A stretch of DNA of 62,746 nt, filler included, from Octopus bimaculoides (GCF_001194135.2; 5 parts of 4 records of this genome joined end to end with filler, not necessarily neighbours in it), one strand, 5' to 3'. Shown: positions 25,471 to 38,204, counted from the whole stretch's first letter. Made by a program: numbers and translations. Notes: generated from the sequence alone by a model not told the origin.

Positions 25471-25966
25471 ATGTGTGTGTATGTGTGTCTCCTATATATT
25501 CCAAATGTAGGAGAATGACAATCGTATTTGCAAACCCACATATATAAATACACAAAATCAGGAGCATTCATGTATATGCGTGTGTGTTGTTGTGTGTCTG
25601 AGTGTGAATGTGTGCGCATATGTGTATGTGTGTGTATGTGTGTTTGTGTGTGTGTGTATACGTATATATGTACATATGTATGTACCATGTTTCTGCATTT
25701 TTCTCTCTCTTTCTATCAATCTATCTATTTATATGTATGTATGAATGTATGTATATGTATGTATATATAGATACACACAAACACACACACACAGACGCAT
25801 ACACATACACAGACACACACACCCGCTTAGACACATACACACACACACATATAAATGAGAAACATCAACAACACAGAGATATTCAAACATATGGGGTGTA
25901 CACGAGCGTATCTGGCTTGATATATCAATGTGTTAGGTCTGTATGTGTTTATGCTCATACAGCTAG

Positions 25967-26014
<48 letters not shown>

Positions 26015-26654
26015 GCATATAGACACACTCACATAAACACATATACTCACAAACACATGTACATAGCATAAAAACAGACTCACAAACTTATATATATATA
26101 TATATATATATATATGCTGCACACAAACATATATTTATATATATATGTATCAATATATGCTCATTCACAAGCACACTCGCTTCCCCTCTACACACATGTA
26201 TTATATGCGTATGCATTGTAAATTTCAACATGTATACACATATGAATATTCAAATAGACACGAACAGTTACACACCGCGAAAACTATAATAGTAGATGTT
26301 ACAAGTCAGTCAATCGACTAAGCCAAAATCTGACAAGGCAAACGGATTAACCTTCTTTCTTATTGACAAAAGGATTTACATTTTGACCTTTCTAGAATCT
26401 TCTTTATTAACCGGTCGTAGATGTCTTGTCATGAAATTACACGGCTTTCCCAAAAACCGGTTTGATTCCCTTATAACAATGTGTTTGTTCTTTTGGTTAG
26501 AAAACAAACATGTTTAGCATATAATAAATATTGAAAACAATGATTTTTTTTTTCCTCTCCACTTTTGTTACCATGCTGTTGTTACTGGTGTTTTTGCTGC
26601 TGTTGTTGTCTTTGTTGTTGTTCCTGCCTATATTGAATAAACGGCAGAAGGTTT

Positions 26655-26660
26655 TCATAA

Positions 26661-26700
<40 letters not shown>

Positions 26701-26757
26701 GATAATAATGATTATGATGATGATGATAACAATACTACTACTACTAATAATAATAAC

Positions 26758-26828
<71 letters not shown>

Positions 26829-26884
26829 TAACAATAATAATGATGATGGTGATGATGATGGTGATGATGATGATGATGATCATC

Positions 26885-26937
<53 letters not shown>

Positions 26938-26952
26938 TGTTATTATTATTAT
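26655..26952. repeat. Compound (AAT)n/(GAT)n microsatellite
   Basis: Read directly. Source of the poly-Ile ORFs. Confidence 0.95.
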
Positions 26953-26969
26953 TTCAATTCATTTTGAAG

Positions 26970-27118
26970 GGTAGCGTGGCGAAGGTGGGGATGCTTCGAT
27001 TACATTGACTCCAGTTTTCAACTGGTACTTATTTTATCGACCCCGAAAGAATGATTGCGGCGGAATTCGTACTGAGAACGTAGCGACGGGCGAAATACCG
27101 CTAAGCATTTCGTCCAGA
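26970..27118 (-). mobile_element. SINE family A fragment
   Basis: TTATCGACCCCGAAAG core and GAAATACCGCTAAGCATTTC. Confidence 0.7.
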
Positions 27119-27671
27119 ATAAACGCTAGAATAAAAGAAAAACAACAACAATGTGCTCTTACGAACTGCACTGAAGTATGAAGATTCCAAGCAAGTTTCA
27201 GTTATGAAGCTTAGTCAGAAATTTAAGAAAGTCTCTTGGCCTACAAGTTAACAAAAAAAATGACCAAAGACACCCAAATATTTACAGATCTATCGTTGCT
27301 TCTCCTGATTTAGAAATTGACATTCAGAAAGACCAACGCGGTCCAAATAGTGACAAACCTATCACTGATGCAAATTTGGTGGTGGTGGTGGGCGCTAGTC
27401 GATTACATCGACTCCAATGCGTAACTGTTACTTAATTCATCGACCCCGAAAGGATGAAAGGCAAAATCAGCCTTGGTTGAATTTGAATTCAGAACGTGCA
27501 GTCAGCTAGTCGGTTACGATACCTTTCCTAAGTGCCTCTTCTAAGTTTCTAACTAATTTTCCTTTTATTTCATTACTTTGTATCACCAATACTTTACTAA
27601 ACCTAACTGATTCTACTCTGGTTGCCCTTTTCAGGGACAACTACCATTTGTTGGTGACAATTGCCTCTGTC

Positions 27672-27793
27672 AATGTCCCGATCGCTTCCAGTAATCCGAA
27701 AGCTATGTCCTGATAGCCTCCAGTCATCCAGAAGCTATGTCCCAATAGCTTTCAGTAATCCGGTAGCAATGTCCCGATAACTTCCAGCAATTC
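27672..27793. repeat. 32-bp minisatellite, ~3.8 units
   Basis: Units of the type AATGTCCCGATCGCTTCCAGTAATCCGAAAGC / TATGTCCTGATAGCCTCCAGTCATCCAGAAGC. Confidence 0.8.
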
Positions 27794-27829
27794 CTGTAAT
27801 CCTTCTAAGCCTATCCTAGTCGACCATAT

Positions 27830-28430
27830 AAATTACAAGTTTATGGTCTGTGTAACCGACCAGTTTGACAAAATGGGTAACTTATATCTTTATCTATTGG
27901 CCTACAGAACACCCTGTCTACATACGATCTGGATGACCCAATGCAATTCGTCCACGTCCAAATAAGCACATTCGGGAAACCTAGACGGTACCTGTCAGTT
28001 GGAAATGTCTGGAAATGTCTGAGCAGGTTTGCGAGGCTCTTACACCCCCTCTTCTGCATACTCCACACGTTTCACTAAGACGGCGTTCCAGTCGCCCACT
28101 GGTCGAGACGTTTGACGTCTGAAGAAATCCGGCTGTCCTGTTCCTATCGGAGCATAAACAACCGCCAGTCTGAGAGCACTTCCATCACTACAGTTCACAT
28201 TCAAGACTATCAACGTACCTTATGAGTCCAGGAAGATAGCCCTTATCTTGAGATCCAGACCTTTCCGGAACAACACCGCCGTTCCACCTGTTGATATGGC
28301 GGTAAATACATAACCTATCCACCGAAAATGGGCATGAACGCTTGTCGGTCGGAGAATCAGGTTTCACTGATAACCACTACACCTAAACTTAGTGACCAGA
28401 GGTCATTAAGCGACACCAAGTCTTCTGCCT
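27830..28430 (-). mobile_element. L1/Tx1-like LINE AP-endonuclease relic
   Basis: Translation includes GGTAVLFRKGLDLKIRAIFLD, LRLAVVYAP, GDWNAVL, WTWTN, RSYVDRVF and GYTDHK. Homologous to 29880-30922. Confidence 0.8.
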
Positions 28431-28670
28431 ATCCTAATCCTAAGTAAGGTCACGTGAGAATAAGGAATAGATGCAGGAAAGGTTACTTACAGTGATTTTG
28501 TTGGTGAGGTGAGAATAGATGTCCTGTTCCTATGGCTATACATGGATGTTTCCACGAGCAGTTCTCTATAGAGTCTTTTATTCAAATTTATCCTGAAAAC
28601 CCCTACTCCTTCAGGATATTTAGTTTTTATGGCATTCTATGTGTTTTTTGTTTAGATGAATTTTATGTGT

Positions 28671-29072
28671 TATTTCTTTACTACCCACAAGGGGCTACAC
28701 ACAGAGGGGACAAACAAGGACAGACAAACGGATTAAGTCCAGCGTATAACTGGTACTTATTTGATCGACCCTGAAAGGATGAAAGGCAAAGTCGACCTCG
28801 GCGGAATTTGAACTCAGAACGTAGCGGCAGACGAAATACCTATTTCTTTACTGCCCACAAGGGGCTACACACAGAGGGGACAAACAAGGACAGACAAACG
28901 AATTAAGACGATTATACCGACCCCAGCGTGTAACTGGTACTTATTTGATCGACCCCGAAAGGATGAAAGGCAAAGTCGACCTCGGCGGAATTTGAACTCA
29001 GAACGTAGCGGCAGACGAAATACCGCTAAGCATTTCGCCCGGCGTGCTAACGTTTCTGCCAGCTCGCCGCCT
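28671..29072 (-). mobile_element. SINE family A head-to-tail dimer within one target-site duplication
   Basis: Full copy 28841-29072 plus 5'-truncated copy 28671-28840. TTTTATGTGT flanks the pair at 28661-28670 and 29073-29082. Confidence 0.85.
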
Positions 29073-29591
29073 TTTTATGTGTGTGTTGGTGTATTGTTGG
29101 TGTGATAAAATCGGTGCGTATGATGTCTGTCTGGTTGCATATGTGTTCCATCAGTTCATTATTGTTCGTGCTTATTTTCTGTGTTGTTAACAATGTTTGA
29201 ATTTTGCTGGTGGTGGGTGGCGAATNNNNNNNNNNNNNNNNNNNNNNNNNNNNNNNNNNNNNNNNNNNNNNNNNNNNNNNNNNNNNNNNNNNNNNNNNNN
29301 NNNNNNNNNNNNNNNNNNNNNNNNNNNNNNNNNNNNNNNNNNNNNNNNNNNNNNNNNNNNNNNNNNNNNNNNNNNNNNNNNNNNNNNNNNNNNNNNNNNN
29401 NNNNNNNNNNNNNNNNNNNNNNNNNNNNNNNNNNNNNNNNNNNNNNNNNNNNNNNNNNNNNNNNNNNNNNNNNNNNNNNNNNNNNNNNNNNNNNNNNNNN
29501 NNNNNNNNNNNNNNNNNNNNNNNNNNNNNNNNNNNNNNNNNNNNNNNNNNNNNNNNNNNNNNNNNNNNNNNNNNNNNNNNNNNNNNNNNNN

Positions 29592-29660
<69 letters not shown>

Positions 29661-29879
29661 TAGAGGGAATCCCATCTCCTTTTTGTTGTGGGCAAAAAGC
29701 CTTTAGATGGTTTGTGTCCTAACATCAGTGAGTTTAGTAAGTGCCCCAGAAGAAGCTTACAAAAAAAAAACTTTCCCTATTTCTCCTATGCCAAAAAAGA
29801 AGGCTGCTTCAACAGGCGTACATGAAGACCGTGGTAAGTAAACACTCATTTTCTTTTCCCAAACCTAAAACGGAGGCTG

Positions 29880-30922
29880 GGTTGGGTTTAGAAGCAGAAC
29901 TACCCGCTAATGATTTCAGGTCACTCAACAAAGAGGTGGTAGTCATCAACAAGAAAAGGATTTCTGGAGCTCACGTGTTGGTGCCTATTTTCGATGACTA
30001 CGAGATATTCCCATCGCATGGCTTGTCGGGATCGGGTGGCAGAGTAGAAGTGCTATTCCATAAAGCTCCTTAGATCTCAAAGTAAGAGCAATCTTTGTGG
30101 ACCTGTGCAGTAGATTAGTGGTCCTAGAAGTGAAGGACAATGAAGGTGGCGCCCTTAGATTAACGGCGGTTTATGCCCCGACAGGGGCTGAAAGGCTAGA
30201 TTTCTTCAGGCGCCTAGAAACATTCTTGGGAACAGCTTTAGTACTATTGGCGATGAGAATTGTATTTTGGACGCATGGGATGACTCTATGGGGGTAGTGC
30301 ACAGTAGAAGTGTGTACGAAAGCTTTGAAAACCTGCTAAGAAACTTCCAGCTGTCTGACAGGTATCAATAAGATTTCCCAGATGTACCAATGTGGACATG
30401 GAGTAACCGCAAAAAGTCACCCGTATCGTATCTAGGTAGGATATTTGTTAGGTCATTGAATAGCGTAGGATGATTATAGTGCAAACTGGTAGGCTACACA
30501 GACCACAAATTTGTGATCTGGTCAATCAGTTTAGATAGGTACTTGGTTACTGGAGGCTGAGTGCATTCTTACTGGCACGCAAAGACCAAAGGGACCAGAT
30601 TAGTGAACTAGTCAAGACGCTATTAACAGGGGTAGTTGTCAACAACTGGTGGTGAGCTGCTTTGAAGAGGACAAGTAGAGTGGAATCGACCGTGGTTATC
30701 AAAGAATGGGCAGCAGAAAGAAATAGACTACAGAGAGAATTAGTTAGAAACCCAGAAGAGTTGATTAGTAAAGGCATCGAGACTGACGTGCTATTGTCGA
30801 GAATTGATTTTAACCATTTCTTCGAGGCGAAACACGGAGGCTGCGTTGAAAGAGCTAAGGCACATGCGCACAAATACAAGGGTACTAAAGCCGTCCGATG
30901 GACCCGAACAGCAGAGACCTGA
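29880..30922 (+). mobile_element. L1/Tx1-like LINE ORF2 5' part (AP endonuclease plus linker), decayed
   Basis: LDLKVRAIFVD, LRLTAVYAPTG, WTWSN, SYLGRIFV, GYTDHKFV, then a helical linker (AAERNRLQRELV...RAKAHAHKYKG). No RT follows; it ends in (TACA)n. Confidence 0.8.
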
Positions 30923-33900
30923 CATTGCAAATCAACATACATACATACATACATACATACATACAAACACACATACATATACATACATACATATACATAC
31001 ATACATACATACATATACATACATACATATATATATTATATATATTGTACAATATTAGGATAAAGACTTTATAAGAATTTATCAAGTAGTTAACGTGAAA
31101 AAACCTCATAAGGAAAAAAAACCCCATCATTTTTTCCCCATAAATATATTTAATTATATAAGGGCATTACTTACTATACAATAATGCCTCACGCTAAGAG
31201 GGACTCCATAAGTCAAAACTACTATAATAAGCACATTTTTACCGATCGCCAGGGAATGCAACTTTCAAAGCTAACCTCCTAAAAACTTTTAAATTATATA
31301 GTCGAAGATTGCCCGAGGGACATTTTCTATCCAAAAAGATTTTCACTCTTTTAACCTAATATTTACATGCTACTTTCTATAGCTTTATCTACTTTGAGTT
31401 CTGCAGTTAAAATTGAATAATCTCACGTTCTCTCGAAGTTTCTAAATTCTTATGACGTAAGCATGTTCATTTAAGTTTTCATAATTTCTTCTTTTCAAAA
31501 ACTTCATGAAGTGTGCATTTTGAAACAAAGCAAAACACGAACATTTTATAAGAGAAGAGATTGTCTGCGTCAGCATAAGTCAGTTCAATTAAGTATTTAA
31601 ATAATTATAAAGTCTTCTCAATGGTGAGCCGAAGGGAAATTCAAACATCTCCACTTACTCTGGAGTGTGCTGTACCTTGAAATGTCATTGCCTTCTAATT
31701 TTTCTTTAAAGCTAGCCTTTCCTATTAAAAAAAAAAAAAAAAAAAAATATATATATAAACACCCCCACCATTATCACACAAAACAAAATAAAAACCAAAC
31801 AATCAAAAGAAAAAAGAACGAGCTAAATTCTGAAATATCCATAAACAGGGATGTAAGAAACATCATTTCCAATCCGAGTATAACAACATGAAAGAAGGAA
31901 AACTAGGAAAAACTAACAGAAAAAAAAATCGTTTAAATTTTCCATTTTCTCATGAAAAAGTTCAGACTACCCTGGGAGAAATTGTTTCACTCATAGAAGA
32001 AAGAGTTTCACTCATTAATAGATTTCTTTTATCAGAAGTAAATAGGATTGCTAATTTAGAAATTTCTGTTGGTCCAAGTTGAATTTAAAATGTGTATTCT
32101 ACTTCACCAGTCGCATCATTCAGGACTTTTGTTCTAGTCTTCACGAATATAGTTAAAAATTATGTCTATTACTTGTTTCTTTTTCTTTAAGTGTTTCTTT
32201 TCGAAGAATTTTAGTCATGAAAACAACAACTGCTACAGGCATCGATAAATAGACATGTAGGGAAAACAAATGCCAATTTGACTGCTTCGTTTAATATTTC
32301 TTTAAAATCGTCTTTTCAACGATTACCCAGAAATAACGTTCATATCGACTTAAAACGACTCAGCATATCTGAAGAGACACGACCAGAGAGACTGTTACTG
32401 ACAGAGAAGAATGACAAATGAGACGAGGGATATACATTTGATATTTCTCGAAACAAACATTGGACAGATGAAGGAACATTCTTTTACCTCACCCCCACAA
32501 AAAAGAAAGAAACATACTGCAAAAGTTTTAATAAAACACAAATAACAATAGAAAAGGAGTAAGATTGATGCTCAGGGGGTGGAAAAAGAAAAAGAAAAGA
32601 AAAACAAACTAGGAATATATCGATAGAATTATCAACCTTAAAAAAAGACAAAACAAAATAATAAAGGCAGCGAAGAAGATTAAAGGAAAGGAAAGGAAAA
32701 TAAAAAGGATATTGGTTGAAGATATTAACCATGGAAGTGACCTAAAGAAAGGTACTTGAGCGAAAAATATATGAATAAAACAATCGATAAATTATAAAAG
32801 ATTCTAAGAAACTAAAACAAAACAAATAGCAAAGATCCAAGACTGGGACCGATAAAGTGGCAAACTCTGTTGAAATATTCAAAATTAACTGTTAAGACCC
32901 ATGTAAGGACTTCAACAACATGACAGAACAATCTATAACTACACCAGACACTTGGTTGATGGACTGGGTTTGTCGTAAAATCTGACAATACTGACAAAAA
33001 GGTGGGGGGTTGGGGACTATAAGCATCGGTGGACCACCCGCTTGTAGAGAACATAAAAAGATGAAAACACTGACAACCACATGCCATAGTTGATCGACCT
33101 GCTAGAAATATTAATCAAAGTTTCTTCACATTACACATTACGTTCTTAAAAAATTGGGATATGCACGTTGGATAATGTATTCCAAGAAACACTGTATCTA
33201 AGATATAGATAGTATATAGTCTTAATTGGGAGACCTTGGAAGAAGATTGATTCAGATGTATTCAGAACGAATAAACAAGGCGATCATGAAACTGATGTTT
33301 GTTTCTTTTTTCCATGACGGATGTAAATTTGTCATAATTTTTAAGTTGCCTCCCTTGTGATACTTGACCAGAATTGTTCGCTGGGCCAATTTCCATTTTC
33401 TCCTCACTACGAATGTAATTGTGGTTAATTAAAATTTATTAGCTTACTTCTCTTGATATGTTAAAATCAATTTTGCCAAATAATTGCGCGTTTATCAAAT
33501 AAAGCTTCTTATATCTTGCCTCATTATTGGAATAACTTCGTTGTTATTTTGCTTTATTTCGGTCAGGTGGAAAAGCAGTGTCTGCGACCGTTTTCAAGGC
33601 CGTTTGTAAAAGAGTGGAATCTCCTAAAAGCACCCAAAGGGCTAGTTAGTTATGTTAAACTGAGCTACGGATTAAGTCGGCCACAAAAGTAGGCCACAGT
33701 AGAATTCAAACTCAGAACGCAATGTGACAGACCAAATTCTGCCGAATATCTTCACCTCTTAAGCTGTAACATTCCTGCCAGTCCACTCCATTGCTCTTGA
33801 CCGACACTTTATTTATCAACCTGCGAAGGATGAAAGGTAAAGGTGACTTGCGTTGGATTTGAACTAAAAACGCACGCTGTTGGATTAAATACCTCAAAGC

Positions 33901-34032
33901 TTTCGGCTCATTCTTCAAATGATTGTCAATTTGCCACCATTGCTGCTCGTGTAGTCTCGTGATCAATGTGAATAGCACATCTTCTTTTCTTTTTTTTTTA
34001 TCATGATATAGTCTATCTAGGACTACTCGATT

Positions 34033-34420
34033 GGAGGCGCAATGGCCCAGTGGTTAGGGCAGCAGCCTCGCGGTCATAGGATCGCGGTTTCGATTCCCAG
34101 ACCGGGCGTTCTGAGTGTTTATTGAGCGAAAACACCTAAAAGATCCGGCAAGGGATGGTGGCGAACCCTGCTGTACTCTTTCACCACAACTTTCTCCCAC
34201 TCTTTCTTCCTGTTTCTGTTGTGCCTGTAATTCAAAGGGTCAACCTTGTCACACTGTGTCACGCTGAATATCCCCGAGAACTACGTTAAGGGTACACGTG
34301 TCCGTGGAGTGCTCAGCCACTTGCACGTTAACTTCACGAGCAGGATGTTCCGTTGATCGGATCAACTGGAACCCTCGACGTCGTAAGCGACGGAGTACCA
34401 ACAACAACAACAACAACAAC
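34033..34420 (+). mobile_element. tRNA-derived SINE family B, full length, 14-bp TSD
   Basis: A box TGGCCCAGTGG, B box GGTTTCGATTCCC, (AAC)n tail. AGGACTACTCGATT at 34019-34032 and 34421-34434. Confidence 0.9.
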
Positions 34421-34573
34421 AGGACTACTCGATTATAACTCGTCCGTCTTCTTTCTAAAACAATGGAATGTGATGTAAATGTGAACTGGACCTTGTTTGT
34501 CTTATATTTAAAGACCATGTTATTACGTTGATGACGTTTGTCATCGCATATTTTTTAAAGCTTATTACCTTAA

Positions 34574-34797
34574 CCCCTTAGCATTTAAACTGGCCATATC
34601 TAGCTCAAATAATTTACAATTTTTTTAAAAAACAAACCAGCGAGATCCGGTCTTTCAAACCTACCCTACAATATCATCTTAAAAATAAGCTATAGCGTCA
34701 ATGAAATCGTGAAATTATTAGATAATGAATGTTTTATTCAAAACAATGTGAATAAATAAGCAATACATTTGACAAAAGAATCTGAATGCTAAAGGGA
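34574..34797. mobile_element. piggyBac-type MITE
   Basis: TTAA|CCCCTTAGCATT...AATGCTAAAGGGA|TTAA, with TTAA at 34570-34573 and 34798-34801. Confidence 0.8.
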
Positions 34798-34809
34798 TTA
34801 AATATATTG

Positions 34810-35015
34810 GTTTCAAATTTTGTCACAAGGAGAGCAATTTTAGGGGAGGAGACAAGTAGATTACATCGACCGTAATACCCAACAGGTGCTTATTTTATCA
34901 ACCCCCAAAAGAATGAAAAGTAAAAATCAAACTCGGCGGAATTTGAACTCAGAACGTGAAAACAGGCGAAATGTCACTATGCATTTTGCCCGGCGTGCTA
35001 ACGATTCTGCCAGCC
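34810..35015 (-). mobile_element. SINE family A, diverged copy
   Basis: GGCGGAATTTGAACTCAGAACG and GCTAACGATTCTGCCAGC. Tail variant TTTCAAATTTTG.CACAAGG. Confidence 0.7.
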
Positions 35016-35039
35016 TAGTGCCTTAATAATAATAATAAT

Positions 35040-35097
<58 letters not shown>

Positions 35098-35099
<2 letters not shown>

Positions 35100-35290
35100 A
35101 AAGAATATTGGGGCTATAGTCATGCTCGAGGTGATCCAGAAGACAGTATTGTTGGGTACAGCTCCCATTCTAAGGAGAATATTGTCTCTTTGAGTCACAG
35201 GAGAAGAAGGAACTACTTGAAACTTTTGGTGATTTGTTGTGGCTTTCAAGTAAAGAATAACCGGTAATTAAGAACTATCCGAGAGTCTTT
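35098..35290 (+). mobile_element. R4/Dong-like (RLE) non-LTR retrotransposon, extreme 3' end
   Basis: Translates to VIQKTVLLGTAPILRRILSL*, the C-terminal motif of this family. It lies between (AAC)n and (GAT)n. Confidence 0.6.
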
Positions 35291-35399
35291 CATAATAGAT
35301 GATGATGATGATGATGATGATGATGAAGATGATGATGATGATGATGATGATGATGATCCTAATCGTATCTTACAGTTTCAACATAATCAACTGGCAAAT

Positions 35400-35790
35400 G
35401 AGCAAAATAAAGAAGCTAGACTCCAAGACCCAAAAACAAATCTACTAAACATGGCTCGAATGAACCACCCAAAAGTGGACGTGAACAGGAAGTTGAGAAG
35501 TTATTTAAGTACAAAGACCTAGAAATAGAAGTGACGAAGATGTGGGGAATGAAAAGCAGCACAGCACCAATGGTGATTGGAGCGTTAGGGCTAATCAAAA
35601 AAGGCCTTGATAAGCAGCTCAACAAACTCCCTTGCAGTGTTAACGTGGGAGAACTTCAGAAAATAGTGTTGCTAGGTTCCGCACACATTTTACGCCGGGT
35701 ACTCTCCATGAGATGAGGACCTGTTGTGACCTTAGGGTCAAAAGATGACTCCGGTTCAGTAGAAGACAACGGACCATATTTTATTTAAGA
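35400..35790 (+). mobile_element. R4/Dong-like RLE-domain 3' fragment
   Basis: EKLFKYKDLEIEVTKMWGMKSSTAPMVIGALGLIKKG...LQKIVLLGSAHILRRVLSM. Confidence 0.8.
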
Positions 35791-35799
35791 AAAAAAAAA

Positions 35800-36600
35800 T
35801 AATGAAAGGAAACGGGTGGAGCCTCTCCATGTGTTGATTAATGATACACCTGGTGAAACTGAAGCTAATGATGGTAACAGTGTTACACCCGGTAGGCTCA
35901 GAGATTTTGGTCCGGCTCCAGCCTGTCGATATCCGGAAAGGGACCACCACATACGGCGTAGATGGAGCAAGCAAATTAATGCTGTGGTCATGGAGTGTTA
36001 CTACCTGAGCAACCCGGCAGATGAAAATGGCGCTCAAATTAGGGGTTACCGACAACGTATGTATGATCATTGGAGGGAAAAGGGATTGTTTCAACTCACG
36101 GAACAGAAGTTATGAGATCAAGCTAGAGCAATAAGAAAAAATTAGACAGTAGAAATCAGGAGGGGCATCTTCCATGGGGACTGCCTGTCCACACTGATCT
36201 TTGTACTGTGCTTGATACCACTAACACTGATTCTGAGGAAAGCAAAAGCTGGGTAGGTATTCAAAAGATATGGAGAAGGGGTAATCGCATGGACAGTTGA
36301 CGAATTAAACAGCTTAGACAGTAAGACAAGGAAGTTACTAACTGGATATGGGATACTCCACCCAAAAAGAGACACAGACAGACTTTATGTACCAAGTAAA
36401 AGAAAGGGAAGAGGACTTATTGGATGCGAACACAACACTAGAGCAGATGAAAACAACATAGCATGGTATGTAAAAAATGCCACAGAACCGTTATTATTAG
36501 AAGTAAGACGGTCAGGCTTGTGTAGGATGAAAGATTGCTAAGATAAAGCACTATATAAGAAATTGAAAACGAATGAAATTTAGAAAAATGAACTGCCATT
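35800..36600 (+). mobile_element. R4/Dong-like element, internally deleted (N-terminus fused to RT pieces)
   Basis: RRRWSKQINAVVMECYYLSNP...GYRQRMYDHW...TEQKL, then IRRGIFHGDCLSTLIFVLCLIPL, then LDSKTRKLLT...LHPKRDTDRLYVP...GRGLI. Confidence 0.8.
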
Positions 36601-37098
36601 GTTGTTTTATTGTTTAACGTAGTGGTGGTGGTAGTGTTGACGGTGTTGGAGACAGTAGTGGAGGTCCTACTTGCGTCATTTAAAAAAAAATATCTCGCTT
36701 GTTGTTGCTGCTACTGCTGTCTTTGCTTCGTTTCTTGACCATATTAATTAGTGCTGGAAACAAAAATGTCAAAGCGGTTCTTAAAACGGTTATAGCCTCC
36801 CTCGATTTGGGACGCCATATTGATATTTTTGTTTTAAAGTATTGAACTTGCACTTCTTGAATTTAAAAATTCGCCCTCAAAGCGCAAATTCTCGGCACCC
36901 AGACGACCCCATTTGTAGTGAGCTGTATTAATTAGCTAACAGTTCAAAAAAATTGGGGATACCAACTAAAAAAAACAACAAATTTCAAAGAAAACTTACG
37001 AGCTCCGAACACGCGTTCTCCTGCTCCCGACACAAACAAAAATAATTACAATAGTAGTAGTGGTAGTAGTAGTAGTAAAATAATGATAATAATAATAA

Positions 37099-37265
37099 TC
37101 CTTCCTACTATAGGCACAAAGCCTCAAATTTGGGGAAGGGAGAGAGTCGATTACATCGACCCCAGTGCTCGACTGGTACTTAATTTATCGACCACGAAAG
37201 GATGAAAGTCAAAATCGACCTCGGCGGAATTTGAACTCAGCGTGCAAACGATTCTGCTAGTTCAC
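37099..37265 (-). mobile_element. SINE family A (tail type 2), internal deletion
   Basis: CTACTATAGGCACAAAGCC tail, AAAGGATGAAAG core, AACGATTCTGCTAG head. Confidence 0.75.
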
Positions 37266-37269
37266 CGAC

Positions 37270-37324
<55 letters not shown>

Positions 37325-37707
37325 TGTTGTTGTTGTTGGCACTCCGTCGCTTACGACGTCGAGGGTTCCAGTTGATCCTATCAACGGAACAGCCTGCTCG
37401 TGAAATTAACGTGCAAGTGGCTGAGCACTCCACAGACATGTGTACCCTTAACGTAGTTCTCGGGGGATATTCAGCGTGACACAGAGTGTGACAAGGCTGA
37501 CCCTTTGAATTACAGGCACAACAGAAACAGGAAGAAAGAGTGAGAGAAAGTTGTGGTGAAAGAGTACAGCAGGGTTCGCCACCATCCCTTGCCGGATCTT
37601 TTAGGTGTTTTCGCTCAATAAACACTCAGAACGCCCGGTCTGGGAATCGAAATCGCGATTCTATGACCGCGAGTCCGTTGCCCTAACCACTGGGCCATTG
37701 CGCCTCT
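37325..37707 (-). mobile_element. SINE family B, full length, inside an (AAT)n array
   Basis: Reverse complement of the 34033 element with few changes. (AAT)n on both sides. Confidence 0.9.
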
Positions 37708-37709
37708 AC

Positions 37710-37768
<59 letters not shown>

Positions 37769-38170
37769 AGAAGAGCACAACTCGCATTACACACTGCACA
37801 ATACAAACATTAATGCGACAAAAGACTGCAACCAGATCCCATAACAAAATAAACTGACGCAATACAATACCAGGAAGAGCTTGCACTCGCCCCAACAACA
37901 AAACAAGAACATACAATGCTGCACACACCCCAGCAACGTGGAGGTGTAGCAGGTGATGCAGGAGAAACTTGCCCGCAACTACTAAATGTTGAATAATAAT
38001 AATAATAATAATAATGATAATAATAATATGTATCTCTCTCTCTCCCGCTCTCTCTCTCTCTATATATATATGTGTGTGTGTGAGCGTGTGCACGTATATA
38101 TGTTTGTATGTGTGTATATATGTATGTTTGTATGAATGTACGTACGTATATATTCATGTATGTATGTATG

Positions 38171-38204
<34 letters not shown>

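Noticed and set aside
5665-29722. Long ORFs of 150-310 aa in the supplied track (e.g. 8557-9477, 9947-10864, 11527-12462, 18551-19450, 29159-29725)
   Set aside because: They are open only because N runs and di/trinucleotide repeats contain no stops.
34033-34110. tRNA-like sequence with A and B boxes (also at 37630-37707 and 60600-60673)
   Set aside because: It is the head of a SINE. It continues into a shared body and (AAC)n tail with TSDs, and has no proper acceptor stem.
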